Below are positions 42,208 through 51,268 of a stretch of 64,000 nt of DNA, in pieces. Source of the stretch: an uncultured bacterium (GTDB taxonomy: Bacteria; Chloroflexota; UBA5177; JANWHV01). The position numbers were made by a program, and so were the translations under genes. Location: contig CAWHAE010000012.1 in the NCBI GenBank assembly GCA_963827235.1, positions 32,001 to 96,000 of the forward strand, in the 5' to 3' direction. Below the pieces are notes generated by a model. The model was not told the origin of the DNA. It did no database searches and saw only the letters and a program-made list of their open reading frames with translations. How positions within the stretch are numbered: position 1 is the first letter of the stretch; every line of letters begins with the position of its first letter.

Positions 42208-43359
42208 TCACGCAGCAATGTCCTGCACGGTCCAGGTGGCACCGCCGGTCTTGCTGGCAAGCACCACGCCGTTGCCCGTAGCGACGTAACACGTGGAACT
42301 GCTGGGGCAGTCGAGAGCCAGCAGGTCAAGAGCACCCTGCCTGGTGTGAGTGCTGTTAAGCGCCGCCCTCCACGTGGCAGCACTGTCTCTGCTTATCCAG
42401 ACAGTCCCGTTCGCGCCGGCCGCGAAGCATACCTGGTTGGTCGGGCAGCTGACCTGGCGCAGCCCGCCTTGCGTGGGCGGATCCTTGCGGGTCCATGTAT
42501 CGCCCCCATCAGTTGTGCGATAGATAGTGCCCGTGCTTTCAAATCGTGAGCTCAGTACCGCGCTGCTGACCACGCACGTGGAACTGCTCGCGCAACTAAC
42601 GCTCACGAGCGTATCAAGCGTGTTGATGTGGTAGGCGGTCCAGGCGCTGCCGCCGTTCTTGGTCATGAGGATGGCGCCGAAGAGGCCGGCCGCGACGCAG
42701 ATGCCGGATCTCAAACAACTGAGACCATAGAACGCGCGAAAGACGTGAACCGGCCCGTTCGTCCAGGTATCGCCACCATTTGCAGTCGTCAAGAGGATGC
42801 CCTCGCCGGTGGCGATGCATTTGGTGCTGCTCCAGCAGCTGACACTGAACAAGGTACGGTCGGTCCGTGAGATTCGCTTGGCCCACGTGGCGCCGCCGTC
42901 GCTGCTCGCCAAGATTGCCCCGTTCCCGCCAACGGCGATACAGCGTCGATCCTGGCAACTGACGCCAAATAGATCCTCGCCGGAGTGTGAGACGCGCCGG
43001 ATCCAGGACGCTCCGCCATCCTCGGTCGCCGCGATGGCGCCGTCATGTCCGGCCACGACGCAGTTCGTGCTGTCCGAACAGCTCACGGAGGTAGGCAGCA
43101 TAGAATAGCGCGGTGCCGTCATGTCACCGCGGCTGTGGCCCGGTACGGCTGCTCCCGCGGCACCCTTCTGTGCCACGACAGCGGTTCCGCCGACCACATC
43201 GTGCTGCGGCCGGCCTCTGAGGACCTCATTGTGACTCGTGGCGACGATACCGCGCGACTGCGTACCGCCAGCCTGTACGGGGTGCGCTGCGCCTGTGGTC
43301 ACGACGATTGGTGCCAGGCATAGCAAAAGCGTGGCAAGTCGCTTGCACGTTACGCTCAT
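42208..43359 (-). CDS. Secreted YCF48/BNR-repeat Cys-rich beta-propeller
   Basis: Repeats VSC....C..VG..G.I..T.DGG.TW. Confidence 0.8.
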   Translation of the reverse strand: MSVTCKRLATLLLCLAPIVVTTGAAHPVQAGGTQSRGIVATSHNEVLRGRPQHDVVGGTAVVAQKGAAGAAVPGHSRGDMTAPRYSMLPTSVSCSDSTNCVVAGHDGAIAATEDGGASWIRRVSHSGEDLFGVSCQDRRCIAVGGNGAILASSDGGATWAKRISRTDRTLFSVSCWSSTKCIATGEGILLTTANGGDTWTNGPVHVFRAFYGLSCLRSGICVAAGLFGAILMTKNGGSAWTAYHINTLDTLVSVSCASSSTCVVSSAVLSSRFESTGTIYRTTDGGDTWTRKDPPTQGGLRQVSCPTNQVCFAAGANGTVWISRDSAATWRAALNSTHTRQGALDLLALDCPSSSTCYVATGNGVVLASKTGGATWTVQDIAA

Positions 43360-43825
43360 CTTCTCTCTCCGCATGTGTGAGGTGGCTGATGCAGTTTTCA
43401 GCTGTCCGGGCCTGCGCACGGCTACGCGTTCAAGCAGTGAAATGTCCAGCAAGGAGTGCTAAGCGACCATCAGTGCTCCTCCTCTCATCCGCCACTGCGA
43501 TAGCACCGCTGCTGAACGCTCTTCGCCGCCGACCACGCTACGGGAGTCGCCGCCCACAACCTGTATGCGTCGGCCAGCGAAACCCATACATGTTGAACGG
43601 CAGTTCAACTACTCGACTCGTGTCAAGGGATACCATGGGAATGCTGCGGTCCCGCGGGCCGGAGCCCAGAGCCACGTGTGCCTGTCGAGGCCAACCAGGA
43701 TGCGACCACACGCGCTAGCGACCAGTGCAGATCGGGGATCCGGTTGGCAGCGACGGCGCCAGCGCTACGTGTCGCTGCGATCTCACACCGTAGCTCCGCC
43801 TGATGACAGCGCACCGTGTCGCACC

Positions 43826-44752
43826 TCACGCCTTTGTGAGGCGCTGCTCGATGGTCTGGATACACGGTGCCTCACATGCTCGCGCCGGCCGGTCACCTGT
43901 CGCGCTACAGATGGCGGCCGTGAGGTAATTGGCGTTGCCGATAACTGCCCGCGCTACACTGCTGTTGGGGTGACAAAAGGCGCCGGCAATCGCGGCCCAG
44001 TCCATGTCCGCGCTGAGTACGCCCTCGTACCCGAATCCTGCCGCGCCCCAGAACCGCCCGGCAATATCCACAAAGGGCACGTAGCTGCCCATGTACTTTT
44101 GCTGCAGTTGCAGTTGCTGCGTGCTGGGTGTCTGGAGCGAGTGACCGTCACGATCCGCTTCCTCAACTGGCGTGAACGCTACATACGGGCTCGCGAACCG
44201 ACTACCGGCAAAGGTGAACGTGGCCAGATCACCATCCGTATCAGCCGATCGCGTGAGGCGGAGGTTGGAAAACGTGCCAAATCGGCTGAGCGCGTTGACC
44301 AGGCTCCAGCGTTCGGCGGCGCAGTTTGGGCAGGATTCGCTGCCCAGGAAGAGCACGTCCGGCCTGCCATTCGCGGTCAGCATCGGATCGACGATTGCTG
44401 TGAGCGGATTCCTCAGACCACCTGTGTTGATGGCAGCAATCACCGCTGGAGAAGCAGCTGTGGCTTGCTGCACGACGGCCGCGGGAGCCGCCTGTCCCAG
44501 CCACTTATTGGTAGGGCTCGTTGACACCATTGTGGCAGCAATGAGGAAAGCGAAGCACGCGAGAGCGCCCAGGGCAATGCCAGTGAGCGCGCTCAGTCCA
44601 AGAGGAGTGCGCCACCACGGCCGCTTGAACCGACGCCGGCGGTCGTGGGCACGCTTTCGCGATGCGCCGGGCCGCGCTCCTTCATGCAAGCGGACCTGTC
44701 TTACGCCTTTCTGATGGGAGCCGTGCCTGCTCGCTGAGCCCTGGCTTTCCAT
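43826..44752 (-). CDS. DUF929 family thioredoxin-like membrane protein
   Basis: G.P.VLFLGSESCPNCAAERW, ALSRFGTF, PFVDIAG, ANYLTAAIC. Confidence 0.82.
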   Translation of the reverse strand: MESQGSASRHGSHQKGVRQVRLHEGARPGASRKRAHDRRRRFKRPWWRTPLGLSALTGIALGALACFAFLIAATMVSTSPTNKWLGQAAPAAVVQQATAASPAVIAAINTGGLRNPLTAIVDPMLTANGRPDVLFLGSESCPNCAAERWSLVNALSRFGTFSNLRLTRSADTDGDLATFTFAGSRFASPYVAFTPVEEADRDGHSLQTPSTQQLQLQQKYMGSYVPFVDIAGRFWGAAGFGYEGVLSADMDWAAIAGAFCHPNSSVARAVIGNANYLTAAICSATGDRPARACEAPCIQTIEQRLTKA

Positions 44753-44947
44753 GTCGATCTCCTCACAGGATTTCGTGCGGCCACACGCGCCGCATCCGCT
44801 TGCGCACCACTCATCGTGACAGCGCAAGGAGCACGCGCATGACATCGACGGGAACTCTGGCCACCTCTGCGCCATCTGAAGAGCTTGCAATACGTCGACG
44901 CACGTGGGCGACGATCACGCTGGTGCAGGCAGCTCTCATCGCCGCTC

Positions 44948-45090
44948 ATCATGGAACTGCCAGACGTTCGCGTCGACCAGGGTGCGTAGCCCGAAGTGCC
45001 TGTCTCGCGCCAGTGGTTACCGGTGTGATCCAGGGCGATTATCGGATTGCTAGTAAGCATGCCGACCTGCTGTGGGAGCGATGCAGCAGT
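44948..45090 (-). pseudogene. Degenerate third start of the 37-aa-repeat gene
   Basis: LPQQVGMLTSNPIIALDHTGNHWRETGTSGY / LVDANVWQFH* with a frameshift. Confidence 0.55.
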
Positions 45091-46024
45091 CGCAGAGCGC
45101 CTGGAACCCTACGACGTCCGCGTCCACCGCGGTGCGGTCGGACGAACTGCCTGTCTCACGCCAGAGGTTGCCGTCCATCCCCAAAACATATACGGTCATG
45201 CTGCCCAGTGCCTGGAACTGCACGACGTTACGGTCAAGCAGTTTGCGATCGGAGTCATTGGCTGTCTCACGCCAGAGGTCGTAGTTGGTACCCAAGACGT
45301 AGACGGTGGTGCCGTCCAGTGCCTGGAACTGCCAGACGTTCGCGTCCACCAGGGTTTTGCGGGACTGATTGTCGATCTCACGCCAGAGCCTGTCATCGGT
45401 TCCCAGGACGTAGACGGTGGTGCCGTCCAGCACCTGGAACCTGGAGACGTTCGCGTCGACCAGGGTTTTGCAGGACTGATTGCCGATCTCACGCCAGAGC
45501 TTGCCGTCGGTTCCCAGGACGTAGACGGTGGTGCCGTCCAGCGCCTGGAACCTGGAGACGTTCGCGTCCACCAAGGTGCGATGTGCGTGGTTGCCGACCT
45601 CACGCCAGAGCTTGCCGTCGGTTCCCAAGATGTAAACGGTGGTGCCGTCCAGCGCCTGGAACCTGGAGACGTTCGCGTCCACCAGGGTGCGATGTGCGTA
45701 GTTGCCGACCTCACGCCAGAGCTTGCCGTCGGTTCCCAAGATGTAAACGGTGGTGCCGTCCAGCGCCTGGACCTGCCAGACGTTTGCGGCGAGCAGCGTG
45801 CGGAGGCCCGGAGTGCCTGAGTCGCCCCAGACATTACGGTTGCTGTCCAGGACAATCACTCGATAGTTCGTGAGTATGCCGGCGTGCTGTGGGAGCGATG
45901 CTCGCTGAACTGACCCAAGTATGCCGGCGCATACCAGGGCTACCAGCGCAGCAAGTACCTTCAGCTGAAGTGACCCAAGTATGCCGGCGCACACCAGGCC
46001 TGCCAGCGCGGCAAGTACCTTCAT
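45050..46024 (-). CDS. Secreted 37-aa-repeat beta-propeller (lectin-like), copy 2
   Basis: Six repeats (111-bp period) plus a closing strand; 60-bp tandem duplication of the signal peptide. Confidence 0.8.
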   Translation of the reverse strand: MKVLAALAGLVCAGILGSLQLKVLAALVALVCAGILGSVQRASLPQHAGILTNYRVIVLDSNRNVWGDSGTPGLRTLLAANVWQVQALDGTTVYILGTDGKLWREVGNYAHRTLVDANVSRFQALDGTTVYILGTDGKLWREVGNHAHRTLVDANVSRFQALDGTTVYVLGTDGKLWREIGNQSCKTLVDANVSRFQVLDGTTVYVLGTDDRLWREIDNQSRKTLVDANVWQFQALDGTTVYVLGTNYDLWRETANDSDRKLLDRNVVQFQALGSMTVYVLGMDGNLWRETGSSSDRTAVDADVVGFQALCDCCIAPTAGRHAY

Positions 46025-46183
46025 CGGAATACCTCTCTCGTGCTCGAACTTGACTTGTCCTTTCTCCGTAACTGCTCATCGTGCGCCGAAGTCTCCTTCC
46101 CCGTGTATCCCCGTCTCCTGAGCAAATAGTGCGCAGTCGCTGCTCCTCACCAACCTGAGTCACACCCGCCCTGGTGACCCTGC

Positions 46184-46282
46184 TCACATGGAACGAACTC
46201 CGTGCGGAGCGGGCGGCACTGACGAGAGCATCAGCGCTACGACGATCACCGCGGCCATCACGGGAACGAACAGGTAGACCAT
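46184..46282 (-). CDS. 32-aa single-TM small protein
   Basis: MVYLFVPVMAAVIVVALMLSSVPPAPHGVRSM; GGAG SD; paralogue starts at 39667. Confidence 0.5.
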   Translation of the reverse strand: MVYLFVPVMAAVIVVALMLSSVPPAPHGVRSM

Positions 46283-46621
46283 GGCTGGTATCTCGGAGCA
46301 CCCGTCGAGCTATCTCACGTCTCGGTGAGCGGCGGCACGTCAGCCAGGCCGTGAGATGCCGCCTACGCACCGTGCGTCGATCTGCAGGGCCCATAGTAGG
46401 TTCACCCGCGCTCACCGGAACAGCGCAAACACTATCAAATACTGTCAATCCGGTTGGTGGAGCTCGAGGAGGGATCCAACTGACCTCCGTGCCCAGAGCG
46501 CGACAGCCCGCACCGTCTTCCCGGGACGACCTCGAGCCGGTCCTTTCTGCGGCTCAAGCCGTGCGCGAGTTGCCCGCCGCTGTTCCCCAGTTGATTGGCG
46601 CCGTCAACTGCCGGGTCGCGT
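46194..46621 (-). repeat. Block C copy 2
   Basis: Matches 39579-40006. Confidence 0.9.
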
Positions 46622-47045
46622 TTGCCGCGCTGCTGCGCCGCGATCTATCTGCAACTGCCCAGCCGTGTGGACGATCGAACGCGGGCCGGTTCAGTAGAAG
46701 GCTATATGTGGAAGGGGTAGCCGTGTCGTCGTCATAATTGGCCACGTAGGCGCTCTTGCCGTTCGGCGTGATGGCGAGGCCCTGAGGATCACTGCCAACG
46801 TTGATCGCCGGGCCGGCCGTGTTGGTGGCGGCACCGGCCGCTCCGCTGCTCGGCGCAGCGCATGCCACCGTCGCCGGGCCGACCAGCAACGTCGCGACGA
46901 ACACGCCCGCACCGGCGTATGGATAGGCCAGTGGCGGGACAACGCGGGGATGGTCGTTGTGCGCCCGAGCGCCAGGTGCCGGTCCCAGGGCCAGCACGGC
47001 GAGCACGACCGCCAGCAACGCGACCAGCTTTCTCGTGCTTTGCAT
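46554..47045 (-). pseudogene. Chimera: P-family N-terminus fused to a YVTN-repeat fragment
   Basis: MQSTRKLVALL..PPLAYPY then INVGSDPQGLAITPNGKSAYVAN. Confidence 0.6.
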
Positions 47046-47095
47046 CTCCTGCTCCTTCCTGCGCGGCGCCGGGCAGAGCGCCAGAAACACGCTGC

Positions 47096-47788
47096 TCAGC
47101 GGCGAACGGTCAGATGGTAGGTAACTTCTCCGGCCATCAAGACGGGATGACCGAACGAAAAGCGCAGGTCGACAGTATGCCGTCCCGCTGCCAGCGGCGC
47201 GACCATGACATAGATGCCGTCAACCTCCGCCGTGGTGATCCCAGGCCCGTGCACGCCCAGCTCATTGTCGGCCGGATACGAAACGCGGAAGAGCGGAGTC
47301 TCGAACCGGTAGCGGGTGAGCAGACTCGTGAGGTGCTCCCCATCCACCGTGACATCAGCTTCTGTCGCCGTATCCATGGTCTTCTTGGCGCAGCGGCACA
47401 GCGCCTCGGATGTTACGCTGTGCGCTGACGGGTTCTCGAAGTCCCACGCGGCAGCTGGATTGATGAGGAGCGCCTTGCCGGCAGGCACCGTACAGGTCCG
47501 GACATCGGTGCCGCCAAAGTTCGAGGTGAGGTGCCAGACCGGGCCGGACTGGCCCTCCGCGCAGCGTGCCCCGGTGCGGTCCCGCGCAGGGTCCTGCGCT
47601 TTGGGTATGGCCACCCACCACTGGAAATCCCGGACGGCCCATTCGCGGTACGAGTGCCCGTAAGGGTGCGCCTGGGGCGGGTACACGCTCGGCGGTGCGC
47701 TTGCCGCCCGGGCGGCAGGCGCGGGTCCCAGGGCGAGGATGGCGAGCACGACCGCCAACAACGCGACCAGCTTCCTTGAGCTTTGCAT
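47096..47788 (-). CDS. Secreted P-family hypothetical protein
   Basis: Signal peptide; PPQAHPYG..W..WW..D.TG..C..GQSGPVW..RTCTVP.GK..PL..G.H. Confidence 0.8.
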   Translation of the reverse strand: MQSSRKLVALLAVVLAILALGPAPAARAASAPPSVYPPQAHPYGHSYREWAVRDFQWWVAIPKAQDPARDRTGARCAEGQSGPVWHLTSNFGGTDVRTCTVPAGKALLINPAAAWDFENPSAHSVTSEALCRCAKKTMDTATEADVTVDGEHLTSLLTRYRFETPLFRVSYPADNELGVHGPGITTAEVDGIYVMVAPLAAGRHTVDLRFSFGHPVLMAGEVTYHLTVRR

Positions 47789-47838
47789 GTCCTTCTCCTT
47801 GCTGCGCGCCGCCGGGCACAGCGCCGGAAACACGCTGC

Positions 47839-48525
47839 TCAGCGGCGAACGGTCAGATGGTAGGTAACTTCTCCAGCCATCGAGACGGGATGGCCGAACG
47901 AAAAGCGCAGGTCAACAGTATGCCGTCCCGCTGCCAGCGGAGCGAGGATGACCAGGGTGCCGTCGGCCACCGCCTTGGTGGTCCCTGGCCCAGGCACGCC
48001 CATAGAGTTGTCGCCAGGATACGCAAGCGTGAACAGGGGGGTCTGGAACCGGTAGCGCGTGAGCAGGTTCGTGAGGTGCACCCCATCCACGTTCACGTCA
48101 TCTTCTGTCACCGCATCCATACCGCTCTTGACGCAGCTACGCAGTGCCGCGAAGGTGGTGCCGCATTGCCCGGGCGAAGCTTCCACGAGGGCCGGCGAGA
48201 TGAGGAGCGCCTTGCCGGGGGGCACCGTGCAGGTCCGGATATCGGCGCCGCCCTCGTTCGACATGACGTACCAGACCGGGCCGGACTGGCCTACGGCGCA
48301 GTGCGCACCGGTGTGGTCCAACGTGGGGTTCTCCGGTCTCGGCGCACCCAACCACCACTGGACGTCCCGGACGAGCCATTCGCTGTACGAGTGGCCGTAA
48401 GGGTGCGACTGCGGCGGGAACACGTGAATCTGTGTGCTTCCCGCCCGAGCGGCAGGCGCCGGTCCCAGGGCGAGGATGGCGAGCACGACCACCAGCAACG
48501 CGACCAGCTTCCTCGTGCTGTGCAT
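47839..48525 (-). CDS. Secreted P-family hypothetical protein
   Basis: Tandem paralogue of 47096-47788 with near-identical 3' end. Confidence 0.8.
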   Translation of the reverse strand: MHSTRKLVALLVVVLAILALGPAPAARAGSTQIHVFPPQSHPYGHSYSEWLVRDVQWWLGAPRPENPTLDHTGAHCAVGQSGPVWYVMSNEGGADIRTCTVPPGKALLISPALVEASPGQCGTTFAALRSCVKSGMDAVTEDDVNVDGVHLTNLLTRYRFQTPLFTLAYPGDNSMGVPGPGTTKAVADGTLVILAPLAAGRHTVDLRFSFGHPVSMAGEVTYHLTVRR

Positions 48526-48808
48526 GTCCTTCTCCTTCCTGCGCGGCGCCTGGCACAAGCAACCCGGCGCTCGACCATGCCGTCGTGGCCGGATTCACCA
48601 GTTGCTCGCTGCAGTCCAGGGGTGACCAGACAAGAGCAGGCGTCGGCAAGAGAGGAGCGGTTTCGCCGCTCGCGGTGCTTGAGGCGTCGAACCCTTTCTA
48701 GGGCTGCAGGTCAGCGCATCCACTTCGACCCGATTATATGCCCGAATGTACGCCCTGCCATGAACAGCCAATCGCACAGTAGCGTGCACAGTTGCCGGAG
48801 CAACCACG
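48526..48808 (-). promoter_or_regulatory. Element A copy 3 (uORF 48723-48595)
   Basis: ATGGCA-17-TATAAT (48738-48733); boxes at 48764/48776/48788. Confidence 0.8.
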
Positions 48809-48849
48809 ACAGACTCCAGGCAGCGTCGTTCCTGCGCGCCGCCACCACG

Positions 48850-49038
48850 CCCATCCCGGCAGTGTCTACCACGGCTACCCCGCCAACCCTGATCGGCACG
48901 CCGACGATCTGGGTGCCTACGGCTGCAAAACGCGACTCATCGGCCCCAGCCTCGCGACAGGCTTGTGGCCGCGCCGCGTAGTGCCTACCATCGTGAGCAA
49001 GGTTGACAATGCATCTGCATGCAAGGGCCCGGTATGAC
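48850..49038. repeat. Block D copy 1
   Basis: Matches 57422-57609. Confidence 0.85.
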
Positions 49039-49181
49039 ACGCGAGTCGTCTGGCCACTCTGGCATTGCGTGCCGGAGCGACAACTGAAGAGCATGCTATG
49101 GGCGCAGGGCTTGCGTCTCAGCGTGCGGGTGCAGTTCCCTTCGCCGCGAGACCATGGCGCAGGTATTTAGCCTCTTGTTGT

Positions 49182-49650
49182 TTAGGAAAGTCCGGCAGTA
49201 GAGGAGCAGCCTGCCGTGCGTTCGCCGCCGGGCCCTGGCGCCCCCGCGGCGCTGGGAAGCAGGATGGCCAGCAGGGCAGCGATGTTCCAGGCATCGTCAC
49301 CGCCCCGGTGGTGCGTTCCCTCGAGCGGTAGCTGCGCGAAAGCCAGGGCCCGCGCCATGCCCAGCTCGCGCGGCAGCCGATGCCAGAAGGCGAACAGCGT
49401 CTTGGCGTTGACGTGGCTCGGCCCGAACGGATAGGCGATACCAAGGTCTCGGCACTGGTACTCGAACTGCTGGCAATCGTAGTCACCCCAACGGGCCCAC
49501 GCCTGCGAGCGGCTGAGGTAGTCGCGTTCGAGCACGCTGCACGCCTCGCCGAAGTCCATGCCCTGCTCCACCACCTGTGTGAGCGAGGTCAAAGCTGTGC
49601 AGTACTCGCTGTCCGTGGAGCGCGTGGGGCGGACCAGCAGGCTGCGGCGG
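49182..49650 (-). pseudogene. 5'-truncated DEDDh 3'-5' exonuclease (ERI-1/KapD-like)
   Basis: CTALT, WGDYD, H.N.K, HHRGGDDA present; ExoI D.E motif absent. Confidence 0.7.
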
Positions 49651-49830
49651 TATATAGTGATGTATGAATCGCGGCAACAGGCAAGCGAACGCGGCGGAAA
49701 GCCGTGGCAAAGGCGCAGACGCATGCCCGGCAGAGCGGCATGTCCTACGTGTCGCTGCTCCCGCCCGTGAAGCTATTGCTGCCCCGCGCCGCGTGCAGGC
49801 GAAGCACAGTTGCCGGAGGGTGGGTCGACC

Positions 49831-50793
49831 ATGAACACCGCTGAGACGTCGACAGACGGCGGACAGGCCCCGGCGGAGGGATGGCAGGCGATGGCCCTGC
49901 GGCAGATGCGGCTGCAGCGCCGGTTGACGCGCGTAGCTCTGGCCCAAGCAGCAGGAGTGGACGAGAGAACGGTCGAGCAGATCGAGTCCGGCACCCTCGC
50001 CGCACCCAGCAGCGACGTATGGTCGTCCTTGATCCGGGTGCTCGACCCGAATCACCAGTTCGACTGGTCAAGTGAGCGGGCCCGGGAGAGAGCCTTCGCC
50101 GATCTCTCCAGCATTGATGCGACGGCGCAGGCGGCGTCTGGCAGTGCGGGAGCGCCGGACAGCCGGCCAAATGCCGTCTTCCCGGTGGAGATCGCTCCCA
50201 TGTCTGCATGGCTCACCGGCGGCAGCGGTGGCGTTCGCGCGGTAGCTGAGGCCAGGAACGCCGGCCCGGCGGTCGCGGAGGTGCACCTGGCTGTGCAGCT
50301 GCAGGATATCCGCCGCCTCTTCGAGGAGCTTCGCGACGGCGTGAGCAGGCACCTCGAGCAACTAGGCGGCAGTATCGACGAGCGATCTGCTGAGCGGATG
50401 CAGCTTCTCGCCAGCGATCTCGGCGACGCCATCCAGCAGGCACTCCACGCACCTGCGCCGGTACCCACGGGACAGGCCCTGGCGGTGAAGCTGGCGCCGG
50501 CACACCTCCTTGACCGGCTGGAGGAATGCCGCGCAGATGAGAAGACATGGACGGCCGCCGCCGTGCTGTTTGTCGGCGGCACCCTGGGCGTACTGGGCGG
50601 CGGTGCCGTGGCAGGCTCGGTTGCGGCGGGCGCGTGGGTCCTCTGCGTCGCCTTTGTCCTGGCAGCTGGCGTCTTCGCCTACCAGGCCTGGCAGGCGCGG
50701 CGACGCGCGGAGGCGCAGAAGAAATACATGCTCCAGGAGACTGTCGAGCCGGCTGCCGCCATGGCGGCACGGCAGAAGGTGGCAGCGCGCTAG
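49831..50793 (+). CDS. XRE-family HTH protein with two C-terminal TM helices
   Basis: LTRVALAQAAGVDERTVEQIESG; hydrophobic C-terminus. Confidence 0.75.
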   Translation: MNTAETSTDGGQAPAEGWQAMALRQMRLQRRLTRVALAQAAGVDERTVEQIESGTLAAPSSDVWSSLIRVLDPNHQFDWSSERARERAFADLSSIDATAQAASGSAGAPDSRPNAVFPVEIAPMSAWLTGGSGGVRAVAEARNAGPAVAEVHLAVQLQDIRRLFEELRDGVSRHLEQLGGSIDERSAERMQLLASDLGDAIQQALHAPAPVPTGQALAVKLAPAHLLDRLEECRADEKTWTAAAVLFVGGTLGVLGGGAVAGSVAAGAWVLCVAFVLAAGVFAYQAWQARRRAEAQKKYMLQETVEPAAAMAARQKVAAR

Positions 50794-51268
50794 CAGAGCG
50801 GACGGCGATCGGTCGTCGTGCGCGTACCAGAGCTTCGATGAGCCGGTAAGACCGCAAGATGCCGTGATCTTGCCGAACAGTGAGACCCAGCGTCGGCACC
50901 GGCTCTGAAGCTGAGGCCGGCGAGTGCATGTACATAGCACGGACTGGCCAGTCTAGGACCTACACTACGCGTACGACCTTCCATCGCATCGCCGCGCTCG
51001 ACAGCGTGGCACTGGACGCGCAGCATCAGGACCAGATTCGGCTGCCGTGTGATACCCCTGTCGCCTTTCCGGAGACGGATCCGCTTGACCAGCGCGAACT
51101 TGTGAGGGGGACCGGTGGTGCCGAGACCATTCTCCTCTCTTGGCGTTCCGCGATCACCAAGAGCCCTTGTCCGAGTGTGAAGCACATCTGCCTGTGCGCT
51201 ACAAGTGCGACCCGCGGGGACCTGGAAGACGCCGGGTACCAGTGATGTGCGCCAGCCAATCCTGCCTA

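Noticed and set aside
37100-45800. 111-bp tandem repeats as a CRISPR array or DGR template/variable pair
   Set aside because: They are in-frame protein repeats without unique spacers; no cas or reverse transcriptase gene is present, and I saw no adenine-specific pattern.
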